Below, one piece after another: positions 10,329-19,884 of a stretch of 64,000 bases of DNA. How positions within the stretch are numbered: position 1 is the first letter of the stretch; every line of letters starts with the position of its first letter. The DNA lies in assembly GCA_029933125.1 (NCBI GenBank), contig JAOZOU010000004.1, forward strand, positions 7,240-71,239, in the 5' to 3' direction. The position numbers and the translations under genes were made by a program. This DNA is from a bacterium (GTDB lineage Bacteria; Arandabacterota; Arandabacteria; Arandabacterales; Arandabacteraceae). The notes under the pieces are model-generated. The model was not told the origin of the DNA. It saw nothing but the letters and a program-made list of their open reading frames with translations, and did not search any database.

Positions 10329-11149
10329 GAGCTGGAGTAGTTTTGCTCTGTTTGGGGCTTTTAATTTTTGGGTGTGGCAAGGACGCTGACTACTATATGA
10401 AACGAGGCAATGAGTACTTGAGTGCAGGTCAGATGGCTGAAGCCGTTAATGAGTTCGAGAAGGCTGTTGAAGTTGAGCCGAACAATTATGAAGCTCTCAA
10501 TACGCTTGGAGCTGTGCTTTCGTCTATGGGTCAGTATGACCGTGCAATCGAGCTCTTTCGAAGGGCTGTGGCTGTTAATGATACGCTTGTAGAGGCGCAC
10601 TACAACCTTGGGAAGGCGCTCTCAATAAAGAAGAAGTACAAGGAGGCTCTCAATGAATTTAAGAGAGTGGTCTGGCTGGATTCAACCTATGCCCTGGCTT
10701 ATCTTGCTGCTGGTGAGGCACTGATGCAAATTGGTATGAAGGATGAGGCAATCGATTCTTTCAAAAGAGCAATAAGGCACGATCCGAGTCTCATAAGAGC
10801 TCGTATAAGTCTCGCGTCTGCTTATGTTGCCACCGATGAGTACGATAAGGCGATTGATGAGCTCCTGAAGGCACGCGAGATTGAGCCTCGCAACGATGAG
10901 CTTCTCTCTTTAGCCGGTAGAGCTGCACTGCTAAAACGAGACTATGATGAAGCTGTCAAGTTCTTTACCGAGCTTACGCAGGTTGATGATCGGAACCCAG
11001 TCTATCGAAACGATCTTGCTATAGCCCTCATGCTTGCTGGCAGGAAGGATGAAGCTGTAGAGGAATGGGAGAAAGTCCTTGAGCTCAATCCTGATCCGTC
11101 CCTTGAAGAGGTCGTGAAGAAGAACCTCGAGCGAGCTAAGGCTGAGTAG
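10325..11149 (+). CDS. TPR-repeat lipoprotein
   Basis: Lipobox IFGC; multiple TPR units (EAHYNLG, ALNTLG). Confidence 0.9.
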   Translation: MRAGVVLLCLGLLIFGCGKDADYYMKRGNEYLSAGQMAEAVNEFEKAVEVEPNNYEALNTLGAVLSSMGQYDRAIELFRRAVAVNDTLVEAHYNLGKALSIKKKYKEALNEFKRVVWLDSTYALAYLAAGEALMQIGMKDEAIDSFKRAIRHDPSLIRARISLASAYVATDEYDKAIDELLKAREIEPRNDELLSLAGRAALLKRDYDEAVKFFTELTQVDDRNPVYRNDLAIALMLAGRKDEAVEEWEKVLELNPDPSLEEVVKKNLERAKAE

Positions 11150-11156
11150 CCTAAGG

Positions 11157-12806
11157 CTAAGACTTTGTCCATTCCATATTCCTGAGTTTCTTTGTCGAAA
11201 GCAGCAGGAAGAAAAGGAGCAGTGCAACTGCTCCTAGAGTCACAAGGGCGATCAAGCTCCAACCGGGTACTGCAAGCGATCCCTTGATGCGGGCTACAGT
11301 TGAGGCCGTTAAGCTCATCGAGCCAAAGAAGCTAGCAAGGATAACTGTGAGTATCACGCGTCCTCGTGCACGCAGCATCCTCTTGGGAATCTCCCACTCC
11401 CAGTTGCCGTAGGATATACCCAGGAAAACACCAATACTCGCGCCCGCCGCGCCGAGAGCAAACCCGGCAATCAGGAACTTGGGTATCTGTGACCTTTCAG
11501 TGAGGCCCGTGAATCCGAAGGCAAAAGATACAATGATCACAATTGGCATGAAGAGAAATAGAGTCGCCACGAGTTTGGAGAGTATCTTTCTTAAGGGCGA
11601 GACGGGTGCAGCGACAATAAACCAGAAACACTTCCCATCAATGACAGTCGCATGTGAGGCCACATTGAGTGATCCGATAAATGCTAGTGCTATTACAGAT
11701 TCGAGAGCAAGAAGGGGTGAGCTGGCAATGCGGCCACCTGGCACTCCTGAGAGAAATGGGATTAGCATCACAACTACTACAATGCTTATGAGAGGTGCTA
11801 GTTGCTGGGGATCGCGGAGATACATTCGCAGTGTTATTTTCGTGACCGATCTTTCGAAGCTGGGGAGGAATCTGAGAAGGCGATCCACAAACCATCCGCG
11901 CCCAGCAATTCGGCGTTTGCCTCCAACAGAGCGAGTCCGAGCCCAGCCTGTTAGATAGATTCTTTTAGCCAACAGTACTGAGAACAGTAGGAGGATGCTC
12001 GAGATAGCAAGAAGTGTGAGCAACCAGTGAAGGGTCTCAAAAATCGAACCTCTCGCAAGGTTGCTTAAGGCGCTTGCAGCAAGCTGACTCGGCAGCATCC
12101 TCATTAGGGGATGACTTACATACTTTTCCATAAGCGCCGGAATACTCATGGCACTTTGCATCTGGTGAGAAGCAAGTATGCTTCGCCTCAGAAATTGCAT
12201 AGCGAGCCAGAATCCGATACCCATAAGCGTGCCAACAAAGGCTAGAATTTCTCTTACCCTGCGTGGAGAGACATATCTTGACACCACAAGTCCAACAACT
12301 ATTCCGATTGAAACAGGTATGCTAAGAAAAATATATGCAATAGGCAGGAGCAAAATGTAGTAGGCTACGGGTGCACTAATCGCAAGTCCAAAAGCAACCA
12401 TTAGAGGTATTCCAAAGATAACCATTATTAGTGATGATGAAATAAGAGCATCAAGATATTTTATGGAGAAAACCTTTGTGCTTGATATTGGTGCGCTCAT
12501 AAGCAGATCAAGGTCACTTGAGAGGAAAAATATGTTCATCGTGGTCGCCATATCGAAAACGAAAGCAAGGATGAGGAGGGCATGAAATGCCATTGCTAGA
12601 AGCATCGAGGAAAGCAGGAAGCCATCAGGTGAGGTTTGGTTCAGTGCCTTGAAGAGAACGAACATTCCCACTGTGACGCCACCACCCCCACCACCCATGA
12701 TTGCGACAAGGGTAAGAACTCGCGTCAGCCGCCTGCGCCCAGCCCCGCGCGTAAGGTTAGCCAGCGAAATCTTTAGCCTGTAGAGGAGCAGCTTTGTAAG
12801 TGACAT
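11157..12806 (-). CDS. ABC exporter permease (putative ABC-2 type)
   Basis: About 12-14 TM segments; FFLSSDLDLLMSAPI motif; adjacent ATPase. Confidence 0.8.
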   Translation of the reverse strand: MSLTKLLLYRLKISLANLTRGAGRRRLTRVLTLVAIMGGGGGGVTVGMFVLFKALNQTSPDGFLLSSMLLAMAFHALLILAFVFDMATTMNIFFLSSDLDLLMSAPISSTKVFSIKYLDALISSSLIMVIFGIPLMVAFGLAISAPVAYYILLLPIAYIFLSIPVSIGIVVGLVVSRYVSPRRVREILAFVGTLMGIGFWLAMQFLRRSILASHQMQSAMSIPALMEKYVSHPLMRMLPSQLAASALSNLARGSIFETLHWLLTLLAISSILLLFSVLLAKRIYLTGWARTRSVGGKRRIAGRGWFVDRLLRFLPSFERSVTKITLRMYLRDPQQLAPLISIVVVVMLIPFLSGVPGGRIASSPLLALESVIALAFIGSLNVASHATVIDGKCFWFIVAAPVSPLRKILSKLVATLFLFMPIVIIVSFAFGFTGLTERSQIPKFLIAGFALGAAGASIGVFLGISYGNWEWEIPKRMLRARGRVILTVILASFFGSMSLTASTVARIKGSLAVPGWSLIALVTLGAVALLLFFLLLSTKKLRNMEWTKS

Positions 12807-12813
12807 TTTCTGA

Positions 12814-13572
12814 TCAAGAGCTGAGGAACTTTATAATCTCGAGATGGTCTGGTCCGCCCGTTAGTTCAAGGAAAATATCCTCAAGACTTACAAGACCCTG
12901 CTTCGACTTCGACTTGAGTTCCTCGACGGTTCCAATTGCTATCAGCTTACCCTTGTCAATAATTCCAATGCGATCGCATACCCTTTCTGCGATCTCAAGG
13001 ATGTGGGTTGACATAAAGACTGTCTTGTCTCTCTCGCAGAGAGCACGCAGAACATCTTTAACAACTTTTGCACTTTTGGGATCAAGACCGACCGTCGGTT
13101 CATCGAGGACTACCACCTCAGGATCATGAACAAGAGCTGCCATGATCATTGTCTTCTGCTTCATGCCGTGCGAATAGGTTTCAATCAGATTGTCGGCATT
13201 CTCTTTCATGTCAAGAAGATCGAGGAGATCGCTAATCCTCCTGTCAATCAGTCCGGAATCAACACCGTAGAGCTCGCCAACGAAGCGCACAAATTCCCTG
13301 CCCGTGAGCTTCTTATAAAGAACGGGTGTATCGGGGATTAGTCCAATTTTCGCCTTCGCACCTATGGGGTCTTTGGTGACATCCTTGCCACAGACCTCAA
13401 TCGTACCTGAGGTGGGAAGCAGGAGACCGCAAATCATTTTGATTGTTGTGGTTTTGCCAGCTCCGTTGGGACCAAGAAAGCCGAAGAGCTCACCTGAAGG
13501 GACGTCAAGGGTGAGTCTGTCCACTGCCGTTAAGTCGTCATATCGCTTGGTCACATCTTTTAAACGAAGCAT
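12814..13572 (-). CDS. ABC transporter ATP-binding protein
   Basis: GPNGAGKTT, YSHGMKQK, LDEPTVGLD. Confidence 0.95.
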   Translation of the reverse strand: MLRLKDVTKRYDDLTAVDRLTLDVPSGELFGFLGPNGAGKTTTIKMICGLLLPTSGTIEVCGKDVTKDPIGAKAKIGLIPDTPVLYKKLTGREFVRFVGELYGVDSGLIDRRISDLLDLLDMKENADNLIETYSHGMKQKTMIMAALVHDPEVVVLDEPTVGLDPKSAKVVKDVLRALCERDKTVFMSTHILEIAERVCDRIGIIDKGKLIAIGTVEELKSKSKQGLVSLEDIFLELTGGPDHLEIIKFLSS

Positions 13573-13743
13573 TGCTGTCTCCTTTGCAGTACCAGTCTAT
13601 CTGAGAGATATGCTTAGGTCAAGCTTGGCCTAAGATGTGAGGGGCTTGGAGCGGAATCGCCAGGTGGTGCCTAATGACTGGCATTGACTTTTCTTGTGCG
13701 GCGTCTTAAAGTGTTCGCAGGTGCTTTGCAAGGAGGCAGGAAG

Positions 13744-14184
13744 ATGAAGACTTTGCTGCTGCTTCTTGCTGTTTGCGTGCTTGGTGCTTGGGTTTGCACA
13801 CCGCGTTCGGCTCAAGCTCAGGCACCCGAAAGTTTGGCAGAAGGTGATAGTGTGAATTCGGGGACTATTAGAGCGGAGAATATGGTCATTTGCGCTGCAA
13901 TAAGGGATAGGACCCCTGTTGGAGTTGCTGATACGCTCCCCAGTGATATCTCAACTGTCTACTGTTTTACGCGCATCGTAGGTGCAACCGATACCACCTC
14001 TGTTCGACATGTGTGGTATTATGGCGATCGTAGGATGGCGATTGTAAGGCTCCCGGTAAGGTCAAGTAGCTGGCGAACATGGAGCTCCAAAAAGGTTCTA
14101 CCTCAATGGAAAGGCAACTGGAGGGTTGAGATTCTCACTCCTGACAGCTCAGTTGTTGCCACTAAGCGTTTCTTCCTCAAGTAA
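13744..14184 (+). CDS. DUF2914-like secreted Ig-fold protein
   Basis: Signal peptide; VYCFT, HVWY, WRTWSSK, GNWRVEI motifs; start ATG 13744. Confidence 0.8.
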   Translation: MKTLLLLLAVCVLGAWVCTPRSAQAQAPESLAEGDSVNSGTIRAENMVICAAIRDRTPVGVADTLPSDISTVYCFTRIVGATDTTSVRHVWYYGDRRMAIVRLPVRSSSWRTWSSKKVLPQWKGNWRVEILTPDSSVVATKRFFLK

Positions 14185-14204
14185 TTCTCAAACGGAGGGT
14201 AGGT

Positions 14205-16793
14205 ATGAGATTGAGAACGGTCGTTAAGGGATGCTTTCTACTTCTTCTTGTGGCGAACGCGTGGGCTCTTGATGTCACCCAGCGAACCCTCGATAATGGC
14301 TTGCACATATATGTGGCCGAGAATCACTCTAGTCCGGTTTTCACGATGCGAGTCTATGTGAGGGCTGGGAGCATCTATGAGCAGGAATATCTCGGGTATG
14401 GCATCTCCCACTACCTTGAACACTTGGTCTCAGGAGGAACAACCTATAAGCGTACCGAAGAGGAAAGCAACAGGATACTTAGAGCAATCGGTGGTGCGCA
14501 CAATGCTTACACCACAAGCGGACACACCTGCTACTTCATCTCCACTTCAATTGAGTATGCGGACAGTGTAATCGATTTGCTCTCAGATTGGGTTCTCAAT
14601 TGCGCTTTTGACTCAAGTGAGGTTGCACGTGAGAAAGGTGTCATCACACGTGAGATCTCGATGGGCATGGATGAGCCTTACAGAAGACTTGGCAAGCTTT
14701 ACAATGCAGCAATGTTTGAGGTCCATCCCGAGCATTATCCTACCATTGGCTATCTTGAACTCTTCCAGAAACTCAAACGTGACGATGTCTTGAAATATTA
14801 CAAACGCATGTACGTGCCTTCCAACATGTATGTTGTTGCAGTCGGCGATTTTGATGCTCACGAGATGCTTGAGAGGATAGCAGCTGCTTTTGAGGGCTAC
14901 GAATACAAGGCTCCACCACGTATCTTCTTACCTTCGGATCCCAAACAGATGGGCATGCGCTATGTGGAAGACGAAATGGAAGTTGGCCTCACCTATATGA
15001 CTATGGGCTGGCGAACAGTGATGATCGGCAATGACGATGTCTATCCCCTGCATGTTATGGCAACCCTACTTGGTAGAGGACGCAGCTCGAGGCTCTATCG
15101 CAAGGTTAAGGAAGAATTGGGGCTTGTCTACAACATCAGTGCGTCGTCATACAATCCTGAATACGATGCTGCGGATTTCACGGTTCATGCGACCTGTGAC
15201 TGTGCGAAGGTGCCAGAGGTGGAGAATGCCATAAAGCAGGTCGTTTATGAATTGAAGCGGGGACGTATTGGGAGGTCAGAGCTTGAAAAGGCGAAAAACA
15301 AGATCTTGAGTGATCTTGCTTTCGGCATGCAATCGATTGAAGATCAGGCATCAACCATCGGTCTGGACGTCATAAAGACTGGAAACCCTGATTATACCGA
15401 TTTCTATACCGAGCATATAAAAGGCGTGACTGCCGATGATATCAGACGCGTTGCAAATAGATACTTCTATGATGATGCCTTGACTGTGGCTGTTCTCAAA
15501 CCTGCTGGCTCTGGCTCTCACGAGAAGACTCAAGCTAAGCAGCAAGCAATGGTGGGTGATGTCTCCAAGATTGTTCTTCCCAATGGGATAAGGCTTCTTA
15601 TCAAGGAAGACCACAGCGTGCCTATCGTCCATATCAAGGCGAGGTTTCTTGGTGGGAGCTATTTAGAGGATGAGAATACGAACGGGGCCTTCTACCTTGC
15701 CTCACAAATGCTAAGGCGTGGGACGAGAAGGCGTAGCTCTGAAGAAATATCTCGTGAAGTCGATAGGCTTGGTGCCCATCTTTCAAGCTTTGCCACGAAT
15801 GACTATTTCGGTTGCGACCTCGATCTTCTAAGTGAAAACTTCGGTGAAGGGCTCGATCTTTTCGCAGATCTTATCATGAATTCGACATATCCTGAGGGTG
15901 AGTTTGAAAAGGAGAGGGAACTTGGCCTTGCATCGATAAAGCGCAGGAAGGATAACTGGCAGAACTATGCTGAGGTCCAGCTTCGTAAGCTCATCTATGG
16001 AGATCATCCGTATGCACTTGATCCCATGGGCGAAGAGGCGTCTGTGTCGAATCTTACACGTGACTATGTCTTCGACATCTATCGCAACTACTGCACACCC
16101 TCAAACATGGTGCTTGCTATATTCGGGGATATTGACGCAAGTGATGTCATAGCTCTTGTTGAAAGGACCTTGGGGCGTTTCAAAAGGAAGGGTGTTGTGG
16201 TTGCCCCTGTTCCGCAATGGAGCGGACTGGCGAACGATATCGAGAAGGTTGAATATCAGGATAAGGAGCAGGCTGTAATCACTCTTGCCTTTCCTGGTAT
16301 GGACATAGGCAGTAAGGACTGGTATGCGATGCGCGTTCTCGATGCGGTCATATCGGGTATTGGCTATCCGGGTGGATGGTTGCATGAGACTTTGCGAGGT
16401 CAACAACTCGTCTACTTCGTTCACGCATGGAATGTTGCTAATCGCGGGCGAGGCTACTTTACAGTGCTTGCTGCGACTTCACCCGCTACGGCTGATAGTG
16501 CACTCAAGATAATCCGAAGCAAAATTGCAAAGATCAGATCTGAGTATGTGAGTGAGGACGAACTGGGGACTGCCAAAAGAATCTGCAACATCATGGAGGA
16601 TCTTTATTACAATCAAACATCAGACGCTCAAGCCAATCTTGCGGCAATGTATGAGTTGTTTGGTCTGGGATATGACTACCGCTCGAAGCTTAAGCATGAG
16701 ATAGAGGCTGTAACCAAAGATGACCTTCTTAGGGTTGCACAGAAATATTTTACACATTCAGCAACACTTATAATAAAACCCAAAGGAGAATAG
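14205..16793 (+). CDS. M16 (pitrilysin/insulinase) zinc peptidase, fused two-half form, secreted
   Basis: Signal peptide; HYLEH inverted Zn motif, NAYT, second inactive half starting LPNGIRLLI. Confidence 0.93.
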   Translation: MRLRTVVKGCFLLLLVANAWALDVTQRTLDNGLHIYVAENHSSPVFTMRVYVRAGSIYEQEYLGYGISHYLEHLVSGGTTYKRTEEESNRILRAIGGAHNAYTTSGHTCYFISTSIEYADSVIDLLSDWVLNCAFDSSEVAREKGVITREISMGMDEPYRRLGKLYNAAMFEVHPEHYPTIGYLELFQKLKRDDVLKYYKRMYVPSNMYVVAVGDFDAHEMLERIAAAFEGYEYKAPPRIFLPSDPKQMGMRYVEDEMEVGLTYMTMGWRTVMIGNDDVYPLHVMATLLGRGRSSRLYRKVKEELGLVYNISASSYNPEYDAADFTVHATCDCAKVPEVENAIKQVVYELKRGRIGRSELEKAKNKILSDLAFGMQSIEDQASTIGLDVIKTGNPDYTDFYTEHIKGVTADDIRRVANRYFYDDALTVAVLKPAGSGSHEKTQAKQQAMVGDVSKIVLPNGIRLLIKEDHSVPIVHIKARFLGGSYLEDENTNGAFYLASQMLRRGTRRRSSEEISREVDRLGAHLSSFATNDYFGCDLDLLSENFGEGLDLFADLIMNSTYPEGEFEKERELGLASIKRRKDNWQNYAEVQLRKLIYGDHPYALDPMGEEASVSNLTRDYVFDIYRNYCTPSNMVLAIFGDIDASDVIALVERTLGRFKRKGVVVAPVPQWSGLANDIEKVEYQDKEQAVITLAFPGMDIGSKDWYAMRVLDAVISGIGYPGGWLHETLRGQQLVYFVHAWNVANRGRGYFTVLAATSPATADSALKIIRSKIAKIRSEYVSEDELGTAKRICNIMEDLYYNQTSDAQANLAAMYELFGLGYDYRSKLKHEIEAVTKDDLLRVAQKYFTHSATLIIKPKGE

Positions 16794-16794
16794 C

Positions 16795-17523
16795 ATGGAA
16801 AGACGCATTCTCTATTTGAATCATCTTGAGCTTGAGGCACTTGTACCGCAGAAGATTTCAACAGTTCTTGTACCTGTTGGTACCGTGGAGGCTCACGGAA
16901 TAATCCCTCTTGGCACAGATGTTATTATACCTGAGGCAATTGTCGATAGGATTGCTGAACGCATAGAGGCGCTTGTTGCGCCAACTGTTGCTTACGGAAT
17001 AACGAGGGGGCTCTTTGGATACCCGGGCACACTCCATATCCGTGCAGGGACCTTCAAAGCGTATATGCGTGATGTTCTTGAATCGCTTGCTCGCATAGGT
17101 TTCAAACATCTGATCGTCATCAACGGTCACGGTGGCCAGACTGACGAGCTGAAGAGTGTTCTCTTTGAGGTGAGCAGGGACAGGAATGTTAAGACTTTGC
17201 TCATTGATTGGTGGTATGATATGGATGAATTGAGGAAGCGCACACTTGCAAGGGAGAGTGGGCATGCTGCAGCTGATGAAACAGCTGCCGTGATGGCGAT
17301 CGATCCAGATCTTGTGAAGAAGGATCTCTATGACGATGAGATGATGGTGAGGTATTCGAAGCAGTTTGCCGCATATCCATTTCCTGGGACAATCATAACC
17401 TATTCCGAAGGTGACGCTTCTCTCAATCTCGACAAAAACGCTTGCGAGGCTTTCTTCAACGCTGTCATCGACCAAGTAACCCACCTCATCACCCGCACCC
17501 TCACCCTCTGGGGTCGGAGCTAA
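16795..17523 (+). CDS. Creatininase family protein (creatinine amidohydrolase/MftE-like)
   Basis: PVGTVEAHG, GTD, NGHGG, GHA..ET. Confidence 0.9.
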   Translation: MERRILYLNHLELEALVPQKISTVLVPVGTVEAHGIIPLGTDVIIPEAIVDRIAERIEALVAPTVAYGITRGLFGYPGTLHIRAGTFKAYMRDVLESLARIGFKHLIVINGHGGQTDELKSVLFEVSRDRNVKTLLIDWWYDMDELRKRTLARESGHAAADETAAVMAIDPDLVKKDLYDDEMMVRYSKQFAAYPFPGTIITYSEGDASLNLDKNACEAFFNAVIDQVTHLITRTLTLWGRS

Positions 17524-17557
17524 AAATCTGCATCCTGGGGGTCGGAGCTAAAAATCT
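17510..17557 (+). repeat. Two direct copies of 20-mer GGGGTCGGAGCTAAAAATCT (left arm of inverted array)
   Basis: Copies at 17510-17529 and 17538-17557, each followed by GCAT; the first supplies the creatininase stop codon. Confidence 0.95.
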
Positions 17558-17571
17558 GCATTTGAGAGCAA

Positions 17572-17588
17572 TTGGCACAAAATTTGCT
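17572..17588 (+). promoter_or_regulatory. Sigma54-type -24/-12 promoter motif
   Basis: TTGGCACAAAATTTGCT matches YTGGCAC-N5-TTGCW with GG-N10-GC spacing. Confidence 0.6.
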
Positions 17589-17609
17589 TAAGCACTTTCG
17601 GTGAGGACG

Positions 17610-17795
17610 ATGCGTCCGAAGCAACTTCATCAGGGAGTGCCAAAGACGCTGATTTTTCAGCGATTACACGGATCTCGTTCGAAGGATCTTCTGCTGGTTG
17701 TTGCGATAGGTACTCAGCGGAATCCACGCTTCACGCTCGTGCAGCTGGAACACTGTGGTCGAGCTCGTCGCACCCCTTCAGATTGTCCATTTTAG
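17610..17795 (+). pseudogene. Possible decayed REP-associated tyrosine transposase (Y1/RAYT) 5' remnant
   Basis: MRPKQLHQGVP start and, across several single-base indels, IF.D...F.DLL...CDRYSAEIHAFTLV resembling the RAYT segment before the HUH motif; flanked by REP-like arrays. Confidence 0.3.
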
Positions 17796-17821
17796 TGGAT
17801 CTCATAGCACTGAAGTGCGGT

Positions 17822-17948
17822 TTTTTAGCTCCGACCCCGAAATGGGGTGATTTGAAGATTTTTAGCTCCGACCCCGAAATGGGGTGATTTGAAGATTTTT
17901 AGCTCCGACCCCAAAGTGGGCGATTTGGAGATTTTTAGCTCCGACACC
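17822..17948 (-). repeat. Tandem 36-37 bp repeat (about 3.5 units) carrying the inverted 20-mer AGATTTTTAGCTCCGACCCC
   Basis: Copies end at 17838, 17875, 17912 and 17948; linkers GAAATGGGGTGATTTGA form ACCCC-GAAAT-GGGGT hairpins. Confidence 0.95.
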
Positions 17949-18040
17949 GGAATGAGGGGGGTTGATTGGGGGGAGGTTTGGTGTTAGAATGGCAATGCTC
18001 GCCTGTGACCTCCCATGTCAAGCAGTGGGGAGGTGACTTT

Positions 18041-19546
18041 ATGCTCGCCAAGGTTGTGACCTCTGCAGTCATTGGCATAGATGGCTTGCCTGTCGAAGTG
18101 GAGGTTGATGTCTCAAACGGCCTCCCGACTTTTACGATTGTGGGTCTCCCAAGCACAGAGGTTAAAGAGAGCCGCGATCGTGTTCGATCTGCCCTGAGGA
18201 ATAGCGGTTATGAGTTCCCCACCAAGCGTATAGTTGTCAATCTCGCCCCAGCGAATATTAGAAAGGAGGGCGCAAGTTTCGATCTGCCGATTGCTGTTGG
18301 ACTGGCGGCTGCAAGCGGGCAGATCCCATCAGATACAACCTTAAAGTACTTGCTTCTCGGCGAACTTTCCCTCGATGGAGATCTAAAAGCCATAAGGGGA
18401 GCACTCTCGATGGTTTCAGTTGTTGAACGAGGCAACCTTGATGGCACCCTCCTACCCGTAGAGAATGCAAAAGAGGCAGCGATAAGTAGTAAGTATCCAG
18501 TTTATGGAGTTAGGTCACTTGCCGAGGTACTTGCCATCCTCTCAGGAAACCTCAAGCCCCGACAGGTGAATGTGACCCTTGAAGAGATTGCCTTGAGGTC
18601 AACTGCGGTTGACTTCGCTGAGGTTCGTGGCCAGGAGCATGCCAAAAGAGCTGTCGAGGTTGCAGCTGCAGGTGGCCACAACATCCTAATGACAGGACCA
18701 CCTGGAAGTGGCAAAACTATGATCGCACGACGCATTCCAACAATCTTACCTCCAATGTCAGTGGAAGAAGCTATTGAAACTACCAAGATCTATTCAGTCA
18801 CGGGACTTCTCAAGGCAGATGGGCTGATGCTTGAGCGGCCGTTTAGAAGTCCGCACCATACGGTGAGTGATGTCGCCCTCATCGGCGGGGGAAGAATTCC
18901 TCATCCTGGAGAGGTGAGTTTAGCGAATCACGGAGTTCTGTTTCTTGATGAATTCACGGAATTCAGGCAGAGTGCTCTTGAAGCCCTGAGACAGCCACTC
19001 GAGGATAGAGTTGTGACGATAAGTCGCTCCCATTCCAGCCTCACTTTTCCGGCAAACTTCACGCTCGTTGCCGCCATGAATCCCTGCCCATGTGGCAATT
19101 ACACCGATCCTGTGAAAGAGTGTAGATGCAGCCCACGTGAGATTGAGCGCTATCGACGGAAGATATCTGAACCAATTCTCGATCGCATTGATATCCACAT
19201 CGATGTTCCGCCTGTCCGCTACAATGAGCTTTCTGGATCACTATCAGGTGAGGATTCAGAAGCCATCAGGGAGCGGGTCGTAAGAGCGAGGATCATTCAG
19301 AAACAACGTTTCAACAAAACACCCGATGTTTTCACGAATGCCCAGATGTCGCCATCGCTGATTCGCAAGTTTTGTCGCCTTGACAGGGATGCCTCTGAAC
19401 TCTTGCGAGCTGCATGCAAGCGCCTTGCCTTAAGCGCACGCTCCTATGCCAAAACATTGAAAGTTGCGCGCACAATTGCCGACCTCGAGGGTTCCTGTGA
19501 GATAAGGGCTCATCACATCGCCGAAGCCATCCAATACCGCCACTAA
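18041..19546 (+). CDS. comM: YifB/ComM Mg-chelatase-like AAA+ ATPase
   Basis: VNLAPA, GELSLDG, GPPGSGKT, RSPHH, FLDE, AAMNPCPCG, ARTIADL; start ATG 18041. Confidence 0.95.
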   Translation: MLAKVVTSAVIGIDGLPVEVEVDVSNGLPTFTIVGLPSTEVKESRDRVRSALRNSGYEFPTKRIVVNLAPANIRKEGASFDLPIAVGLAAASGQIPSDTTLKYLLLGELSLDGDLKAIRGALSMVSVVERGNLDGTLLPVENAKEAAISSKYPVYGVRSLAEVLAILSGNLKPRQVNVTLEEIALRSTAVDFAEVRGQEHAKRAVEVAAAGGHNILMTGPPGSGKTMIARRIPTILPPMSVEEAIETTKIYSVTGLLKADGLMLERPFRSPHHTVSDVALIGGGRIPHPGEVSLANHGVLFLDEFTEFRQSALEALRQPLEDRVVTISRSHSSLTFPANFTLVAAMNPCPCGNYTDPVKECRCSPREIERYRRKISEPILDRIDIHIDVPPVRYNELSGSLSGEDSEAIRERVVRARIIQKQRFNKTPDVFTNAQMSPSLIRKFCRLDRDASELLRAACKRLALSARSYAKTLKVARTIADLEGSCEIRAHHIAEAIQYRH

Positions 19547-19689
19547 CTCAAAAGACTGCTCGTGGCTGCGAAGTAATCCAGCAGGACCAGATTAGCGATG
19601 ACCACGCAGCTTCCATACCTACTACCATCGCTTGATCTGTTGACACAAGAGCACGTGCCCCTCTCAACACGGCCCTCATGAGCCGGCGA

Positions 19690-19884
19690 GTCCGAGTAAC
19701 GACCTGAGGAAAAAGGGATTGCGACTTGACGATAGCGTCATCGGGAACAAGCTCGGGATTCTGTCCGACTAACGACCTGAAGAAAAGGGGATTGGGGCAG
19801 GCAGGGATGCCTGCTCTGCTGGGCGGAGATTCCGATTTGGGGACTCGAGTTTCGATAGTGACCTGAAGAAAAAGGGATTGGAGC
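19690..19884 (+). CRISPR. Degenerate orphan CRISPR-like mini-array (three 36-bp repeats)
   Basis: GTCCGAGTAACGACCTGAGGAAAAAGGGATTGCGAC (19690-19725), GTCCGACTAACGACCTGAAGAAAAGGGGATTGGGGC (19763-19798), GTTTCGATAGTGACCTGAAGAAAAAGGGATTGGAGC (19849-19884); spacers 37 and 50 nt; no cas genes in window. Confidence 0.7.

Noticed and set aside
17596-17632. Hammerhead ribozyme (GGTGA-GGACGATGCGTCC-GAAG resembles CUGAnGA-stemII-GAAA)
   Set aside because: Core nucleotides CUGA and GAAA are not intact, and no suitable stems I/III with a cleavage triplet were found.
17822-17948. 37-bp periodic repeats as a CRISPR array
   Set aside because: Linkers are identical or near-identical and only about 17 nt long, so this is a tandem repeat without unique spacers.
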